A DNA stretch of 64,000 nucleotides, taken from contig NZ_JAPJPG010000001.1 of NCBI RefSeq assembly GCF_030825785.1, forward strand, positions 3,335 through 67,334, written 5' to 3'. This document shows, in pieces, positions 39,437 to 51,260 of the stretch. This DNA is from Anaerococcus sp. Its GTDB lineage: Bacteria; Bacillota; Clostridia; Tissierellales; Peptoniphilaceae. The translations under genes and the position numbers were made by a program. A model generated the notes under the pieces. The model was not told the DNA's origin and searched no databases. It saw only the letters and a list, made by a program, of their open reading frames with translations. The stretch's first letter is position 1; every line of letters starts with the position of its first letter.

Positions 39437-40570
39437 TTAACTAATGGTCTTTTCTGTATCTATATCGAAGAAATGTCCCTTGGCTACATTTATGCTAAGC
39501 TTCACACGCTCTCCTGGATTTCTGTACTCCATTGCCCCAACCCTTGAAGCAAACTCGTTATTTCCTTGTTTTGTATAAAGGATTGTTTCATTTCCAAGTA
39601 GCTCTGACATTACTACTTCCGCATCAATTGTTGAACTTGGGTAGGTCTCTCTTGCTATTTCGCTGCTTGATATATCTTCTGGTCTTATGCCGAAAATAGC
39701 TTTCTTGCCAACATAGCCCTTCTTTTCTAGGGTCTTTCTGTGTCCTTCAGGTATTTGTATACAAAGGCCATTACTATCCATCATTTCAGATCCAAGAATA
39801 TTTACCTCAAAGAAGTTCATTGAAGGACTTCCTATAAATTCTGCCACGAATTTGTTGACTGGCTTATTGTAAAGTTCATAAGGTGTTCCTATTTGCTCTA
39901 TTCTTCCTATGGTACCAGACCCGTCTGGATTTTTCCTTGAGCTCATTATTACAATCCTATCAGCTAGGGTCATGGCTTCGGTCTGATCGTGGGTTACATA
40001 TATGGTTGTTGCTCCAATACGGCGGTGAATCTTAGAAATTTCTGCCCTCATTGAAACTCTAAGCTTAGCATCTAGGTTTGATAGGGGCTCATCCATCAAG
40101 AAGACTTTGGCTTCACGTACAATTGCCCTACCCATTGCCACACGTTGCCTCTGACCTCCTGAAAGATCAGCTGGTTTACGTTTTAATAGTTCCGTTAAGT
40201 CAAGAATCTCTGCTGCTTCCTTGACGCGTCTATCAATTTCATCCTTTTTTAGATCTCTAAGTTTTAAAGCAAAGGCCATGTTATCGTAGACAGTCATGTG
40301 GGGATAGAGGGCGTAGTTTTGAAATACCATAGCGATTTCACGATCTTTAGCAGATTTTTCATTAACTAGCTCATCATCTATGAAAAGCTCCCCCTCTGTT
40401 ATATCTTCAAGACCTGCAATCATACGAAGGGTGGTAGACTTACCACAACCAGAAGGTCCTACAAAGACAATAAATTCCTTGTCCTTTATGTCTAGATTGA
40501 AATCTTCTACTGCATAGTGGGTAGATTTCGGATATTTTTTGTATATATGATTTAATTTTAAAGTTGTCAT
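39437..40570 (-). CDS. msmK: Multiple-sugar ABC ATPase
   Basis: GPSGCGKST, LSGGQRQRVAMGRAIVR, and the streptococcal-type insertion MSSRKNPDGSGTIGRIEQIG. Confidence 0.92.
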   Translation of the reverse strand: MTTLKLNHIYKKYPKSTHYAVEDFNLDIKDKEFIVFVGPSGCGKSTTLRMIAGLEDITEGELFIDDELVNEKSAKDREIAMVFQNYALYPHMTVYDNMAFALKLRDLKKDEIDRRVKEAAEILDLTELLKRKPADLSGGQRQRVAMGRAIVREAKVFLMDEPLSNLDAKLRVSMRAEISKIHRRIGATTIYVTHDQTEAMTLADRIVIMSSRKNPDGSGTIGRIEQIGTPYELYNKPVNKFVAEFIGSPSMNFFEVNILGSEMMDSNGLCIQIPEGHRKTLEKKGYVGKKAIFGIRPEDISSSEIARETYPSSTIDAEVVMSELLGNETILYTKQGNNEFASRVGAMEYRNPGERVKLSINVAKGHFFDIDTEKTIS

Positions 40571-40584
40571 GTGCTAATTCCTAA

Positions 40585-42036
40585 CTATATATTTAAAAAT
40601 TCTATTTCTTTATCATCTTCAGTAACTTTATAGGCCAGATTCTTAAGATCTATTCTTGCTTTAGCTACTGCACTTCCATCTTTATTCTTACGAGTAATTA
40701 TTATTATGTTTTCTCCCTCATTTTCGACTGATATCGAACCTTCTAGGTCAAAAGCTTCTGACCTATTTCTAAATTTAAAAAGCATTAGGAGGGCTTTCAC
40801 TATAGGTCTTTCCACTTCCCTAGCTATCTCCTCATTGGAATAATAATGACGATTTATATTTCGCCCTTCTTTTGTTTCTTCAAGAAGCTTTAAGTCGTTT
40901 TTCCCCGCTAGAAATCCCACATAATAAACTTGAGGAATTCCAGGAGCAAATGCTTGAATAAGGCGAGCTATAAAGTATTTTTTATCATCATCTCCAAGAG
41001 CTGAATAGTAAGTAGTATTGATCTGATATATATCGAGATTGTTATATTCTGCTGTTGAATATTTCCTATTAACATTGGCTCCAACCTTATAAAGCTGGTC
41101 TGTAGTAAAGGCTATCTCATCATCGGTCATTATATCTTTTACATCAACCACACCAATACCATCGTGGGTATCTAGGGTGGTGAATTGTTTCATAGGGCTT
41201 TTTTCTAACCAATTTTTAAGTCTGTCTACCTTTCCAGAATAAAGGCTATATAAAGTTAGCATCGGCAAGGCAAAATCATATATAAAATAATCATGACTTG
41301 CTATTTTAAACTGTATCTTGTAATGTTCGTGAATTTCAGGCAGTATTTCTACATTATTTTTAACTGCCATCTCTCTTATCTTATCTAGTAAACCCCATAT
41401 TTTAGGTTCTACAAAAAAGTCATTTGTATCTAGCTTTTTGATAGCATAAGCAAAGGCATCAAGTCTTATGATGTCACAGCCCTTTTTAGAAAGATTATCT
41501 ATATTTTTCTTTATAAAATCCATAGTGACTTCAGTTCTAACATCTAGGTCAATCTGCTCTTCTCCAAATGTATTCCAAAGATTTTCAACAGATCCATCTT
41601 TAAATTTAATTTCTTGCTTGGGAGCCCTGTCTTTTCTTTTATAGATTAAATCTATATCGGCTTGGCTAGGACGATTTTCTGGCCAGAACTTATCCCAATT
41701 TAGGAATAAATCTTTATATTCACTATCTTCATGCTTTTCCTGATAGTCCTTATAGTATTTTGACTTTCGAGAAATATGATTGATCATAAAATCAAACATA
41801 AGATAGTATCTTTCTCCTAAGGCCTTAATATCTTCCCAATCTCCAAACTTAGGATCTACCTCATCATAGTCGATTGGAGCAAAGCCCCTATCCCCTGTCG
41901 ATGGAAAAAATGGTAATATATGGACGCCCCCTACGGCATCCTTAAAATATTTTTCTAAATTTTCTTTTAAATCTTTTAAATCTTTGCCTAAACTATCTGA
42001 ATAAGTAATAAGCATAGTTTTGTTTTGAATTCCCAT
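40585..42036 (-). CDS. gtfA: Sucrose phosphorylase (GH13_18)
   Basis: [49 protein letters not shown]. Confidence 0.95.
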   Translation of the reverse strand: MGIQNKTMLITYSDSLGKDLKDLKENLEKYFKDAVGGVHILPFFPSTGDRGFAPIDYDEVDPKFGDWEDIKALGERYYLMFDFMINHISRKSKYYKDYQEKHEDSEYKDLFLNWDKFWPENRPSQADIDLIYKRKDRAPKQEIKFKDGSVENLWNTFGEEQIDLDVRTEVTMDFIKKNIDNLSKKGCDIIRLDAFAYAIKKLDTNDFFVEPKIWGLLDKIREMAVKNNVEILPEIHEHYKIQFKIASHDYFIYDFALPMLTLYSLYSGKVDRLKNWLEKSPMKQFTTLDTHDGIGVVDVKDIMTDDEIAFTTDQLYKVGANVNRKYSTAEYNNLDIYQINTTYYSALGDDDKKYFIARLIQAFAPGIPQVYYVGFLAGKNDLKLLEETKEGRNINRHYYSNEEIAREVERPIVKALLMLFKFRNRSEAFDLEGSISVENEGENIIIITRKNKDGSAVAKARIDLKNLAYKVTEDDKEIEFLNI

Positions 42037-42069
42037 AAGTTTCTCCTATTTTCTCATAAGTAGATATGC

Positions 42070-42903
42070 CTATTTAACAGCACCCTTGCTCATTCCTGAA
42101 ATAATATTCTTTTGGAATATTAGATAAACTATTGTTATTGTAATAATACCAACAACATAAGATGCAAAGCTTGGACCGTAGTCACTTAGATACTGGCCTG
42201 TGTAGTTGTATTGGAAAAGAGGTAATGACCAAAGGTCTGATGACTTGTTAAGTATCAAAAGTGGTAGCATAAAGTCATTCCAAAACCAAAGGGCATTTAT
42301 TATAAGGGCTGTAGCGTGCATTGGCTTTAGCATAGGAAATATAATTTTCCTATAAGTTGTAAATCTATCCGCTCCATCAATCTCAGCTGCCTCATCCAAG
42401 CTATCTGGCACACTTAGCTTGATATAGCCTACATAGAGGAACAAGGTTTGTGGGATTGAATAGGTTAGATATAGGATTACTAGGCCAAAGATATTTGCCA
42501 TTCCAATACGACTCATCATAACTGTAATAGGAATCATAATGACTTGGAAGGGTACAAAAATCCCTAAAATTAGAAGGATATACATAATATTAAATGCACG
42601 GGACTTTGACATATTTCTTGCTATTGAATAAGCAGCAGCTGGTATAAATATAGTTACTAGGACAACTGATGCTATTGTAATTATAGTTGAGTTTAAGAAA
42701 TATTTTCCAATTCCATCTTCTATCAAGCGTCTAAAGTTATCCAAGGTAACTGGATTTGGAAAGCCAAAGAAGTTTTGCATTATATCCTTGGTCGTTTTAA
42801 AGGAACTGAAAATCGTAGCTAGTAGAGGAATCAATATTAGGAAAGATCCCACTATCAAGAGAACATACTTCCAGAATCTATTATTATTTTCTTCTATTTT
42901 CAT
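42070..42903 (-). CDS. msmG: Multiple-sugar ABC permease
   Basis: FVPFQV, LDEAAEIDGA, WFWNDFMLPL. Start at MKIEE (RBS AGGAG). Confidence 0.9.
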   Translation of the reverse strand: MKIEENNNRFWKYVLLIVGSFLILIPLLATIFSSFKTTKDIMQNFFGFPNPVTLDNFRRLIEDGIGKYFLNSTIITIASVVLVTIFIPAAAYSIARNMSKSRAFNIMYILLILGIFVPFQVIMIPITVMMSRIGMANIFGLVILYLTYSIPQTLFLYVGYIKLSVPDSLDEAAEIDGADRFTTYRKIIFPMLKPMHATALIINALWFWNDFMLPLLILNKSSDLWSLPLFQYNYTGQYLSDYGPSFASYVVGIITITIVYLIFQKNIISGMSKGAVK

Positions 42904-42913
42904 ATTTATCTCC

Positions 42914-43780
42914 TCATACTTCGTAACGTTTTGAAATCTTAATTTGGACAATAGAAACTATGGCTATAAGCAAAAATAGTATAAGGGCTATGGCATTGGC
43001 GTAGCCGTATTGGTTGCTCTTAAAGGCGTAGTTATAAACTAAAAGTCCTATAGAGGTTGTGGAATTGCTAGGACCTCCTCCTGTAAGTGCAAAGATTTGA
43101 TCAAAGGCTGTAAGCCCTGCCTTAAGGGCCATGATAAAGACCATAGATATGCTTGGCAAGAGGTAGGGTAGTTCTATGCTCCAAAATGTCTGTCTACTAG
43201 TTGCCCCATCAATAGCCGCCGCTTCTTTTATTTCTGTTGGAATTGTCTGTAGACCTGATAGGAAAATTATTATTGGCATAGCAACTCCCTGCCAGAGCAT
43301 TACAAATATAGCAGCGAAGATAGAACCGTAAGTCGTTCCCAAAAGACTAGTCTTTAGAAATTCTATATTTAAGGATTCTCCTATGGCTGGAAGTCCGTAG
43401 TTAAAGATTTGTTTGAAAATCAAAGATACGGTTAGGCCTGATAGGACAGCTGGGAAGAAGAACCAGGCTCTAAAAAAAGTTTGTCCCTTGATTTTTGAAT
43501 TTAGGGCTCTAGCTATTAATATACCAAATACTATTTCTCCAACTATAAGGCATACAGTAAGTATCAAGGTAAAGCCTAAAGCCTTAAAGAACTTCTCATC
43601 AGTCATAAGGATTGAATAGTTATTTATTCCTACGAAATCAAAGTTATAGGTTAGCCCTGTCCAGTTGGTAAAGCTGTAAAAAGCTCCCTGTAACATTGGA
43701 AAATAGAAAAATATGGCTTGTAATATCAAAGGTATGATTAAAAAGGTCCAACCCCAATGTTTATTTAAAAACTTTCTCAT
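42914..43780 (-). CDS. msmF: Multiple-sugar ABC permease
   Basis: FFFPAVLS, EAAAIDGA, LTAFDQIFALTGGGP. Confidence 0.9.
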   Translation of the reverse strand: MRKFLNKHWGWTFLIIPLILQAIFFYFPMLQGAFYSFTNWTGLTYNFDFVGINNYSILMTDEKFFKALGFTLILTVCLIVGEIVFGILIARALNSKIKGQTFFRAWFFFPAVLSGLTVSLIFKQIFNYGLPAIGESLNIEFLKTSLLGTTYGSIFAAIFVMLWQGVAMPIIIFLSGLQTIPTEIKEAAAIDGATSRQTFWSIELPYLLPSISMVFIMALKAGLTAFDQIFALTGGGPSNSTTSIGLLVYNYAFKSNQYGYANAIALILFLLIAIVSIVQIKISKRYEV

Positions 43781-43785
43781 GTTAT

Positions 43786-45057
43786 TTACTCCTTTTTATT
43801 GCTAGCTTTCATCGGATTAAAGAAAGCATTGAGCTCCTTAGCTAATTGGGCCCTGTCTTGTGTTAGTAGATAATTAGTTGTAGCTTGGAAGAAGTCCTCT
43901 TCACTATTCCACTCTTGACCCAACCAAACATAGTGTCTGTCAGTAAAAGCAAGCTTATACAAAGGTGCAAGTGGCGAATCTTCATTCTCCTTTACTCCCT
44001 TTACAGCAACCGGTGACCCATCTACATCGTAGTACTTTTGCATAGCTTCCTTACTTGTCATGTATTCTAGAAAGCGGTCTGCTTCTTCAGGGTGTTTAGT
44101 ATTTTCTGATATAGAAAGTGCCAAGTCTCCTGCTCCTACTGTAACTTCCTCTCTCTTATTTACTCCTGGGAAAGCAAAGGTAGCTACTTCAAATTCAGGG
44201 TTTTGTTGGCTAATTGCCGCAAGTACCCAAGATCCACCAGCAAGCATTAGGGATTTTTCTGTTGCGTAGGCAACCACAGAATCATTGTATGAGGCCCCTT
44301 CCCAGTTTCTTTGAGCATTTCCCTTATCTGCTAGCAAGTCTAGGTACTCGCTGTCTTTTACTAGGATATCGTCCTTTTCATTAATTGAATTTACCTCAGA
44401 ATATCTTAGATAATCGTTTGCTTTCTCATCACTTCCTGTAATATTAATCAAGGAAAGTTGATGGTACCCATTCAGGGTCCAACCCTCACTACCTGCTACG
44501 GCAAAAGGAACTTCTCCCTTAGCCTTAATATCTTCTACTAGCTTTTTGAATTCTTCCCAAGTTTCAGGAACCTTTAGTCCTAATTCATCGAATTTTGTCT
44601 TGTTGTAGTAGATACAATAGAAGTTAGCTGATAAAGGGACATTGTAAATTTTTCCATCTATGGCGTACTTTTTCTCATAATCATTTACTATATTAGAAAG
44701 ATAAGTCGCTTCGCTTAAATCTTTAAAGTAGCCCGCCTTGGCCCATTCCTTAAAGTCCATATTTTGTGGGTGTATATTAACGATATCTGGGCTATCGCCC
44801 GCAAGCATACGGGTTTTAAGCACTGTTCCGGCATCCGGTACGCTTGTCATGTTTACCTTTATGTCAGGATTTTCTTTTTCAAAATCTTTTACTATTTCCT
44901 CTAAGGTGTCGACCATTTCTTTTTTCTGGTTGAAAAATTCGATCACGACCCTACCGTCTGCGGACTTTTCTTCCTTATTAGAACAGGAAGTAAGATTTAT
45001 GAGAACGATCAAAAAGAAGACCATCCTCCTTATAATAAATCTCTTATTTTTTTTCAT
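43786..45057 (-). CDS. msmE: Multiple-sugar-binding lipoprotein
   Basis: Lipobox LTSC, IEFFNQKKEM, WTLNGYHQL, VTVGAGDLA. Confidence 0.9.
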   Translation of the reverse strand: MKKNKRFIIRRMVFFLIVLINLTSCSNKEEKSADGRVVIEFFNQKKEMVDTLEEIVKDFEKENPDIKVNMTSVPDAGTVLKTRMLAGDSPDIVNIHPQNMDFKEWAKAGYFKDLSEATYLSNIVNDYEKKYAIDGKIYNVPLSANFYCIYYNKTKFDELGLKVPETWEEFKKLVEDIKAKGEVPFAVAGSEGWTLNGYHQLSLINITGSDEKANDYLRYSEVNSINEKDDILVKDSEYLDLLADKGNAQRNWEGASYNDSVVAYATEKSLMLAGGSWVLAAISQQNPEFEVATFAFPGVNKREEVTVGAGDLALSISENTKHPEEADRFLEYMTSKEAMQKYYDVDGSPVAVKGVKENEDSPLAPLYKLAFTDRHYVWLGQEWNSEEDFFQATTNYLLTQDRAQLAKELNAFFNPMKASNKKE

Positions 45058-45077
45058 TTCTTTCTCCTTTTAGAAAT

Positions 45078-47246
45078 TTAAGCTTCAATTTTAGTAAAGT
45101 AATATTGTTTACTTAGGAAATCTCCCTCATCCATTGCTATAGTTAGACCAGCATACATAAGCTCTGCTCCTGAGTATACCTTATTTGTTCCATGCAAACG
45201 ATATATGCTTTCTTCTTCAAGACCCTTTAGCTTAAGAGTAGTTTCAATCTCTTCTATAGTTGAAAGTTTCCTTACATAAGTCACTAGAATCCTATCATCT
45301 TTTACAAATTCTACAGCAGCTTCATTACTCTCTCTGCTCGGATTAATTAACCTGTATTGTCTTCCAAATTGAATTATAGGGCGAATTTCTTTGTACAAGT
45401 TTACTTGCTCTTTTATCCCGTTTTTTTCTTCCTCGCTTAATTTGCTTAAATCTAGTTCATAACCAAAATTGCCCATCATAGCGACATGACCTCTAGTTTT
45501 AAGAGGAGTTACTCGCTTCATCTGGTGATTAGGTGAGGCTGAAACATGGGCTCCCATACTTATAGTTGGATAAAGGAAGGTCGAACCATATTGGATTGGA
45601 AGCCTATTTATAGCATCTGTATTATCGCTTGCCCAAACTTGGGGGAAATATCTCATAACTCCAAGATCGTTTCTTCCACCACCTCCCGAGCATGACTCAA
45701 AGAGTACATCTGAATGTTTTTCTGTCAAGAACTTAACTAAATCATAAAATCCTAGCATATATTTATGGGCTTGCTCAATCGTTTCGAGATAATCTTTACC
45801 ATTTCCAATATTTGTAATATTTCTATTATAATCCCATTTTATATAATCGATATCATGATTTGATAGAAGATCATCTAGTATTTCTTTAAGATAAGCCACT
45901 ACCTCTGGGTTCGCTAAATTAAGGACAAGTTGATTTCTTGAATAACTATGGTCTCTCTTAGGTGCTTGGATAGCCCAGTCTGGATGCTTTCTGTAAAGAT
46001 TACTATCCACAGAAATCATTTCAGGCTCGACCCAAAGGCCAAATTTCATCCCCTTTTTGTGAACATCGCTTATAAGTTCACTAAGCTTACAGCCGATCTT
46101 CTTTTCATTTACCTGCCAATCTCCCAGAGCCCTATTGTCATCAAAACGATTGCCAAACCAGCCATCATCGAGGACGAAAAGCTCAATTCCAAGCTTACTT
46201 GCTTCATCGGTTAAGCTAGCTATCTTATCCTTATCAAAGTCAAAGTATGTAGCCTCCCAGTTGTTAATTAGGATTGGTCTTTTCTCATAAGCAAAGTTTT
46301 TGGCCATGATATGGTTTTGTACAAAGCTTTGACTTTCCTGGCTTAGTTTTGTAAGACCCTTATCTGAATAAGTTAGTAAGGCTACTGGAGTATCGAAGCT
46401 CTCACCTGGTCTAAGCTTCCAAGCGAAATTATCATCAGCAATTCCAATCGAAACCCTGACTTCATTTAATTGGCTTTTCTCAACACTTGCTTGGAAATTG
46501 CCACTATACATTAGCTGAAGGGCCCAGACTTCACCATAATCTTCATTTGCCAGAGAGTCTGATAAGATTATAGCTGGAGTTTGAGAGTGGCCAGATGCCC
46601 CACGGTTTGAAGATACCGAAAACATTCCCTGATCTACCTTTCGGCGGCGGAGAGTTTTCTCTCTAGCGTAGGCTCCCTGTAAGCTTATTATATCATAAGA
46701 AGAAGCAGGCATATCAAACATAGCAGATAAATCTCTGTGAATAACTACTTCTTGGTTTGACTTATTTACCAAGCTTGTAAAGGTAGATATGGTTGGAGAA
46801 TCCTCGTATGCTGTGTAGTAGATTTTTAGTTCAAGCTCACTAACTTCATCCTCCAAAACTAAAAGAAGAGTCTCAGCCCCATTTTTAGAGTGTGGATTTG
46901 GAAGTCCTTCTGCATCGACTTCATAATCTAGAATATGACTTTCTTTTATTTTAAATAGTGTAAGTTCATTGTTACCATGCTCAATTTTAATCGATGGATG
47001 CCTAAAGTCCCCAAAGCCATGGACTCCAAAGGCTTGCCTTTGCGTATCGTAACTATAAGTCCTGTCATCGGGATTTTGTGTTGCTGAAAAAGCGTGGTCC
47101 TTTTCAAATACCCTATTCGAAAAATTATAATTCTTAATACTTTTTCCTAGGTGTTTAAGTAACAAATCTCCATCACGATTTTCTAAAATCATCGACAGGC
47201 CCTTAGCATGCACGTAGTAGAGCCTATCTTTAATAATAATTCCCAT
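45078..47246 (-). CDS. aga: Alpha-galactosidase (GH36)
   Basis: [47 protein letters not shown]. Confidence 0.95.
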   Translation of the reverse strand: MGIIIKDRLYYVHAKGLSMILENRDGDLLLKHLGKSIKNYNFSNRVFEKDHAFSATQNPDDRTYSYDTQRQAFGVHGFGDFRHPSIKIEHGNNELTLFKIKESHILDYEVDAEGLPNPHSKNGAETLLLVLEDEVSELELKIYYTAYEDSPTISTFTSLVNKSNQEVVIHRDLSAMFDMPASSYDIISLQGAYAREKTLRRRKVDQGMFSVSSNRGASGHSQTPAIILSDSLANEDYGEVWALQLMYSGNFQASVEKSQLNEVRVSIGIADDNFAWKLRPGESFDTPVALLTYSDKGLTKLSQESQSFVQNHIMAKNFAYEKRPILINNWEATYFDFDKDKIASLTDEASKLGIELFVLDDGWFGNRFDDNRALGDWQVNEKKIGCKLSELISDVHKKGMKFGLWVEPEMISVDSNLYRKHPDWAIQAPKRDHSYSRNQLVLNLANPEVVAYLKEILDDLLSNHDIDYIKWDYNRNITNIGNGKDYLETIEQAHKYMLGFYDLVKFLTEKHSDVLFESCSGGGGRNDLGVMRYFPQVWASDNTDAINRLPIQYGSTFLYPTISMGAHVSASPNHQMKRVTPLKTRGHVAMMGNFGYELDLSKLSEEEKNGIKEQVNLYKEIRPIIQFGRQYRLINPSRESNEAAVEFVKDDRILVTYVRKLSTIEEIETTLKLKGLEEESIYRLHGTNKVYSGAELMYAGLTIAMDEGDFLSKQYYFTKIEA

Positions 47247-47280
47247 AGATTCCTCCTCTATTTATATAAATTATATAATA

Positions 47281-47294
47281 TGAAAGCGATTCCT
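47281..47294. promoter_or_regulatory. Candidate cre (CcpA) site in the aga-msmR divergent promoter region
   Basis: TGAAAGCGATTCCT is close to the TGWAARCGYTWNCW consensus. Confidence 0.45.
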
Positions 47295-47347
47295 TGAATG
47301 GACTTTTGTTGTTCCTATATGGTAAAATGTTACTATTGGAGAGTACT

Positions 47348-48169
47348 ATGGTTATTTATTCTGAATTTGATACACTTAGTATGGATGTATCGGTTGATTT
47401 TGTGGGTTACGAAGACTGCAAATCTTTGCAAGATTTCGGCCCTGCCATAAGGGATAATTATGTCCTTCACTATATAAGTAGCGGGTCGGGCTATTTTCAT
47501 TACAAGAAAGAAAAAATATTTTTGAAGAGGGGTGATTTGTTTTTATTAAAGGCAAATGAACTTACCTACTACCAGGCAGATAAGGACGAGCCTTGGTCTT
47601 ATTATTGGATTGGTATAAACGGCAATAGGATTAAGGATTATCTGTCTTTATCTAGCATTCATGAATTTTCTTATATCAAATCATCTGATACTTGTGATAC
47701 GAAAAAGCTAGGAAGCATAATAAAATCGATGGTCGAGCATTCTGAAAGTATAGACGACCATAACCTAAAGCTTCTTAAGCTTATTGGTCAAAGCTACGAA
47801 GTTTTATATGAGTTAATTAAGATTGCTCCACAAGCTAATAAAAAGCAAGTAAGCAGTCGCACACAAATATGCCTTGATTGTAGGCGTATAATAGAAACCC
47901 AATATAACAAGGCCGATTTATCAATCCAGGATATTGCATCTCAGCTTAATGTCAATAGAAGCTATCTAACAAGGATCTTTAAGGAATACACATCTATGTC
48001 TCCCAAACAGTATCTACAAGAAATTAGGATGAAAAGAGCCTATCAGCTTCTAGAAAATACCAAGGAATCGGTAAAGGTAATTGCTTATTCGGTAGGCTTT
48101 AAGGATCCCTTATATTTTTCTAAGGCCTTTAAGGAATTCTATGACAAAAGTCCTAGCGATTATAGATAG
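47348..48169 (+). CDS. msmR: AraC-family regulator of the msm operon
   Basis: FGPAIRDNYVLHYI..G.G, PWSYYWIG, C-terminal AraC HTH (IAYSVGFKDPLYFSKAFK). Divergent from aga. Likely start MVIYS (RBS GGAG). Confidence 0.88.
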   Translation: MVIYSEFDTLSMDVSVDFVGYEDCKSLQDFGPAIRDNYVLHYISSGSGYFHYKKEKIFLKRGDLFLLKANELTYYQADKDEPWSYYWIGINGNRIKDYLSLSSIHEFSYIKSSDTCDTKKLGSIIKSMVEHSESIDDHNLKLLKLIGQSYEVLYELIKIAPQANKKQVSSRTQICLDCRRIIETQYNKADLSIQDIASQLNVNRSYLTRIFKEYTSMSPKQYLQEIRMKRAYQLLENTKESVKVIAYSVGFKDPLYFSKAFKEFYDKSPSDYR

Positions 48170-48238
48170 GCCCTAATATTTTAAATTTATATATCAACAT
48201 AAAAATAGCTAGACCAAGATTAACTTAGTCTAGCTGTT

Positions 48239-48781
48239 TTAGTGTTTAAAGCAAGAAAGAGAGTGGCAATTTATTCTTCCTATGGCTTCTAGGAAGGAGT
48301 GAATTGTAACTGGTCCTACGAAGGAGAATGATTTATCTTTCATATCCTTTGATAGTTTATCGGAAAGTTTGCTTTTTGCTATTACTTCTCCTTCTTTTCT
48401 CCTATAGTCTATGGGCTCTTTGATGAAGTTTTCTAGATACCTATCAAAAGATCCGTATTCTTCTCTTACTTTTATGAAGGCCTTGGCGTTTTTTACCAAG
48501 GCTATTAACTTTTTCTTGTTTCGGATTATTTTATCATTTGCCATGAGCTCTTCGATTTTTTGATCATCATAGGAGGCTATTTTTCTATAATTAAAGCCGT
48601 CGAAGGCCTCTCTCATGGCCTCTCTTTTCTTTAGGATTATTTCAAAGCTAATACCTGCCTGCATAAATTCCAAGACAAGGATCTCGAAGATATAATCATC
48701 ATCGTGGCTTATATTTCCGTATTCCTCATCGTGATATCTTTCAAGGAGATCACCTTTGGCCCATTCGCATCTTTTTTTCAT
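48239..48781 (-). CDS. tag: DNA-3-methyladenine glycosylase I
   Basis: RCEWA, YHDEEYG, LEFMQAG.S...ILKKR, IIRN, C-terminal H...C. Confidence 0.92.
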   Translation of the reverse strand: MKKRCEWAKGDLLERYHDEEYGNISHDDDYIFEILVLEFMQAGISFEIILKKREAMREAFDGFNYRKIASYDDQKIEELMANDKIIRNKKKLIALVKNAKAFIKVREEYGSFDRYLENFIKEPIDYRRKEGEVIAKSKLSDKLSKDMKDKSFSFVGPVTIHSFLEAIGRINCHSLSCFKH

Positions 48782-49663
48782 CTAAAAGAATAAAAAGTAA
48801 ATAAATACTACGATAGCTAGTATTATTCTATAGATTCCAAATGGAATAAAGTCATTGTTTCTGATGTAAGCCATGAATTTCTTTATAACAAAATATGCTA
48901 CAAGAAAGCTTAGGACCATGCCCAAAAGGATTAGGAGCCATTGGTAGGCACTAAATCCTCCGAAGTTCTTAATTACTTTAAGTAAAGTTGCCCCAAGCAT
49001 AGTAGGAATGGCTAGAAAAAATGAGAATTCTGCTGCAGCAGATCTTGATATTCCTAGGATCATGGCTCCCATAATTGTTGCAGCTGACCTACTTGTTCCT
49101 GGAATCATGGCAAGAGTTTGGAAGAATCCTATAGCAAGCACGGTCTTATAGGAAACCATAGCTATATTATCGTGCCTAAAGCCCTTGTTTCCTTTATTTC
49201 TTTTTTCTACAAAGATTATTATTAGACCCCATACTAGTAGCATAGTTGCAACAACCATTGGATTAAATAGGTGCTCATCTATGAAATCATCAAAGAGTAG
49301 GCCTAAGATCATGGCTGGAAGGATTCCTACTATAACTCTTTTCCAAAGCTCTATTGTCTTCTTGTCTGGATGGGTTAGTCTAAAGTAGAATCTGGATTGA
49401 CCATTTAGCTTATCGTAGTTTCTAGGAAAGTATCTTTCTGTCTTTTCCCTATCCCAAGGGTTGAGCCTTTTAAAGTAAATCACTACGACAGATAGGATTG
49501 CCCCTAGTTGGATGATTATATTGAAGGCGTTGGAAAATCCTTCTGGTTCGAGCTTTACAAATTGATTTACTAAGATCAAATGCCCAGTCGATGATACTGG
49601 CAAGAATTCCGTAACTCCTTCTACTATAGAAAGGATTAGGACTTTTATAAAATCTATTATCAT
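48782..49663 (-). CDS. uppP: Undecaprenyl-diphosphatase
   Basis: VEGVTEFLPVSSTGH, IQLGAIL, PGTSRS, AAEFSFFLAIP. Confidence 0.96.
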   Translation of the reverse strand: MIIDFIKVLILSIVEGVTEFLPVSSTGHLILVNQFVKLEPEGFSNAFNIIIQLGAILSVVVIYFKRLNPWDREKTERYFPRNYDKLNGQSRFYFRLTHPDKKTIELWKRVIVGILPAMILGLLFDDFIDEHLFNPMVVATMLLVWGLIIIFVEKRNKGNKGFRHDNIAMVSYKTVLAIGFFQTLAMIPGTSRSAATIMGAMILGISRSAAAEFSFFLAIPTMLGATLLKVIKNFGGFSAYQWLLILLGMVLSFLVAYFVIKKFMAYIRNNDFIPFGIYRIILAIVVFIYFLFF

Positions 49664-50469
49664 TCAAATTCCTCCAAAAACGAGTGTTTTTCTCCCTTTA
49701 TTTGATAGCCTAGGACCATATCGCAATTGACATTTTCTGCTGATCTTAGGATTGACTTTTCTACATCTGGGTTGTCTTTTTTAAGTTCTGCTATTAATTC
49801 TTTTATTTTCTTTCTAGTGTAAGATTCGCTAGATTTGGTGACTGTGCAGGCACAATTTAGGGCAGATAGAGATACGTAATCCCTCCATCTTTTGATATCA
49901 TCCTCGTGAAGATAATAAAGAGGCCTAATTAGCTCCATATCCTCAAAGTTTTGGGCAATAAGCTTAGGCTTCATAGTCTTGAAGTTTCCTGCATAGAGGA
50001 CATTCATCATGGTTGTCTCGATTACATCATTCATATGATGGCCCAGGGCTACTTTATTGCATCCTAACTCCTTTGCCTTGGCATAGAGAAATCCCCTTCT
50101 CATCCTAGCACACATATAGCAAGGGTAGTCTCCCTTGGTTATGGTCTCGGCTACTTCGAAAACTTCCGAATCATAAATTGTAGCATCTATATTAAGATAG
50201 GCCAGGTTTTTTTCTAGTAAGTCTCTATTTTCCTTATCGTAGCCTGGATCCATAGAGATATATTCTACATCAAACTTTACCCTAGAGTGCTTATGTAATT
50301 CTTCGATAAGCTTTGCAAGAATCAAGGAATCCTTGCCGCCAGATATGGCAACAGCGACCTTGTCTCCTTCATTTATCAAGGAAAACTCCTTGACCGCCTT
50401 GATAAAAGGCGACCAGATTTCCTTCCTGTATTTTTTTATAAGTGATCTTTTAATTTCTACTAATTCCAT
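49660..50469 (-). CDS. ttcA: tRNA 2-thiocytidine biosynthesis protein TtcA family
   Basis: SGGKDS, PCYMCARMRRG, LGHH..D, LIRPL. Confidence 0.85.
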   Translation of the reverse strand: MELVEIKRSLIKKYRKEIWSPFIKAVKEFSLINEGDKVAVAISGGKDSLILAKLIEELHKHSRVKFDVEYISMDPGYDKENRDLLEKNLAYLNIDATIYDSEVFEVAETITKGDYPCYMCARMRRGFLYAKAKELGCNKVALGHHMNDVIETTMMNVLYAGNFKTMKPKLIAQNFEDMELIRPLYYLHEDDIKRWRDYVSLSALNCACTVTKSSESYTRKKIKELIAELKKDNPDVEKSILRSAENVNCDMVLGYQIKGEKHSFLEEFE

Positions 50470-51260
50470 TATAACTCCACTATTTTTGAAGGTATGTATC
50501 TTTCACAAACCTCCAAGCTTATATCTTTTTCTGTATCAAGTCCCAAACTTGTAAGATAATTATCTACTGTAAGTCTTGAAAGCTCTGGGGTGTTGTTGGT
50601 ATCTGATAGGTGGGATAGAAAAACTGTCTCATTCTTACCAACTAGGGCATCTGCTAGAGCCTCCGCCGACTGGTCATTTGACAAATGTCCCATATTCCCC
50701 ATAACTCTAAGCTTAAGATTATGTGGATATGGCCCAAGCTTTAGGGCTTCTAGGTCGTGATTTGCTTCCATATAATATATATCAGATCCCTTGATCTCGT
50801 AGGCAATTTTCTCATCTATTATTCCTGTATCAGAAATAAGGCTTATCTTTTTATTTCCCAGATAGATAACATATCCAACAGGTTCCATAGCATCATGATG
50901 GATGGATATTGGGAGGATATCCATTGACTTAAAGTTTATGAACTGATTTGTCTTAAATATTTTTATATTCTCTTCCTTTAATCTCTTAGCCTTTTTAGAA
51001 AAACCCTTCCAGGTTCCCTCGTTGGCATAGATTGGAATATCAAATCTTCTCGATAGAACTCCTGCTCCTTGGATGTGGTCGTTGTGCTCGTGAGTGAGAA
51101 ATATCCCATCGAGATCCTTTGCTTTCTCCCCTATTTGGCCTAGGAGATTTTCTATTTTTCTTCCGGAAAATCCCGCATCGATTAGTATGCGAGAACCCTT
51201 GTATTCGAGAAAGCTTACATTGCCTGATGATCCAGAAGATAAGGTTACAAATCTAGACAT
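50469..51260 (-). CDS. yycJ: Metallo-beta-lactamase fold nuclease, YycJ/WalJ family
   Basis: SGSSGN, THEHNDH, HDA.EP, EANHD, GHLSN, HLS..NN.P. Confidence 0.85.
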   Translation of the reverse strand: MSRFVTLSSGSSGNVSFLEYKGSRILIDAGFSGRKIENLLGQIGEKAKDLDGIFLTHEHNDHIQGAGVLSRRFDIPIYANEGTWKGFSKKAKRLKEENIKIFKTNQFINFKSMDILPISIHHDAMEPVGYVIYLGNKKISLISDTGIIDEKIAYEIKGSDIYYMEANHDLEALKLGPYPHNLKLRVMGNMGHLSNDQSAEALADALVGKNETVFLSHLSDTNNTPELSRLTVDNYLTSLGLDTEKDISLEVCERYIPSKIVEL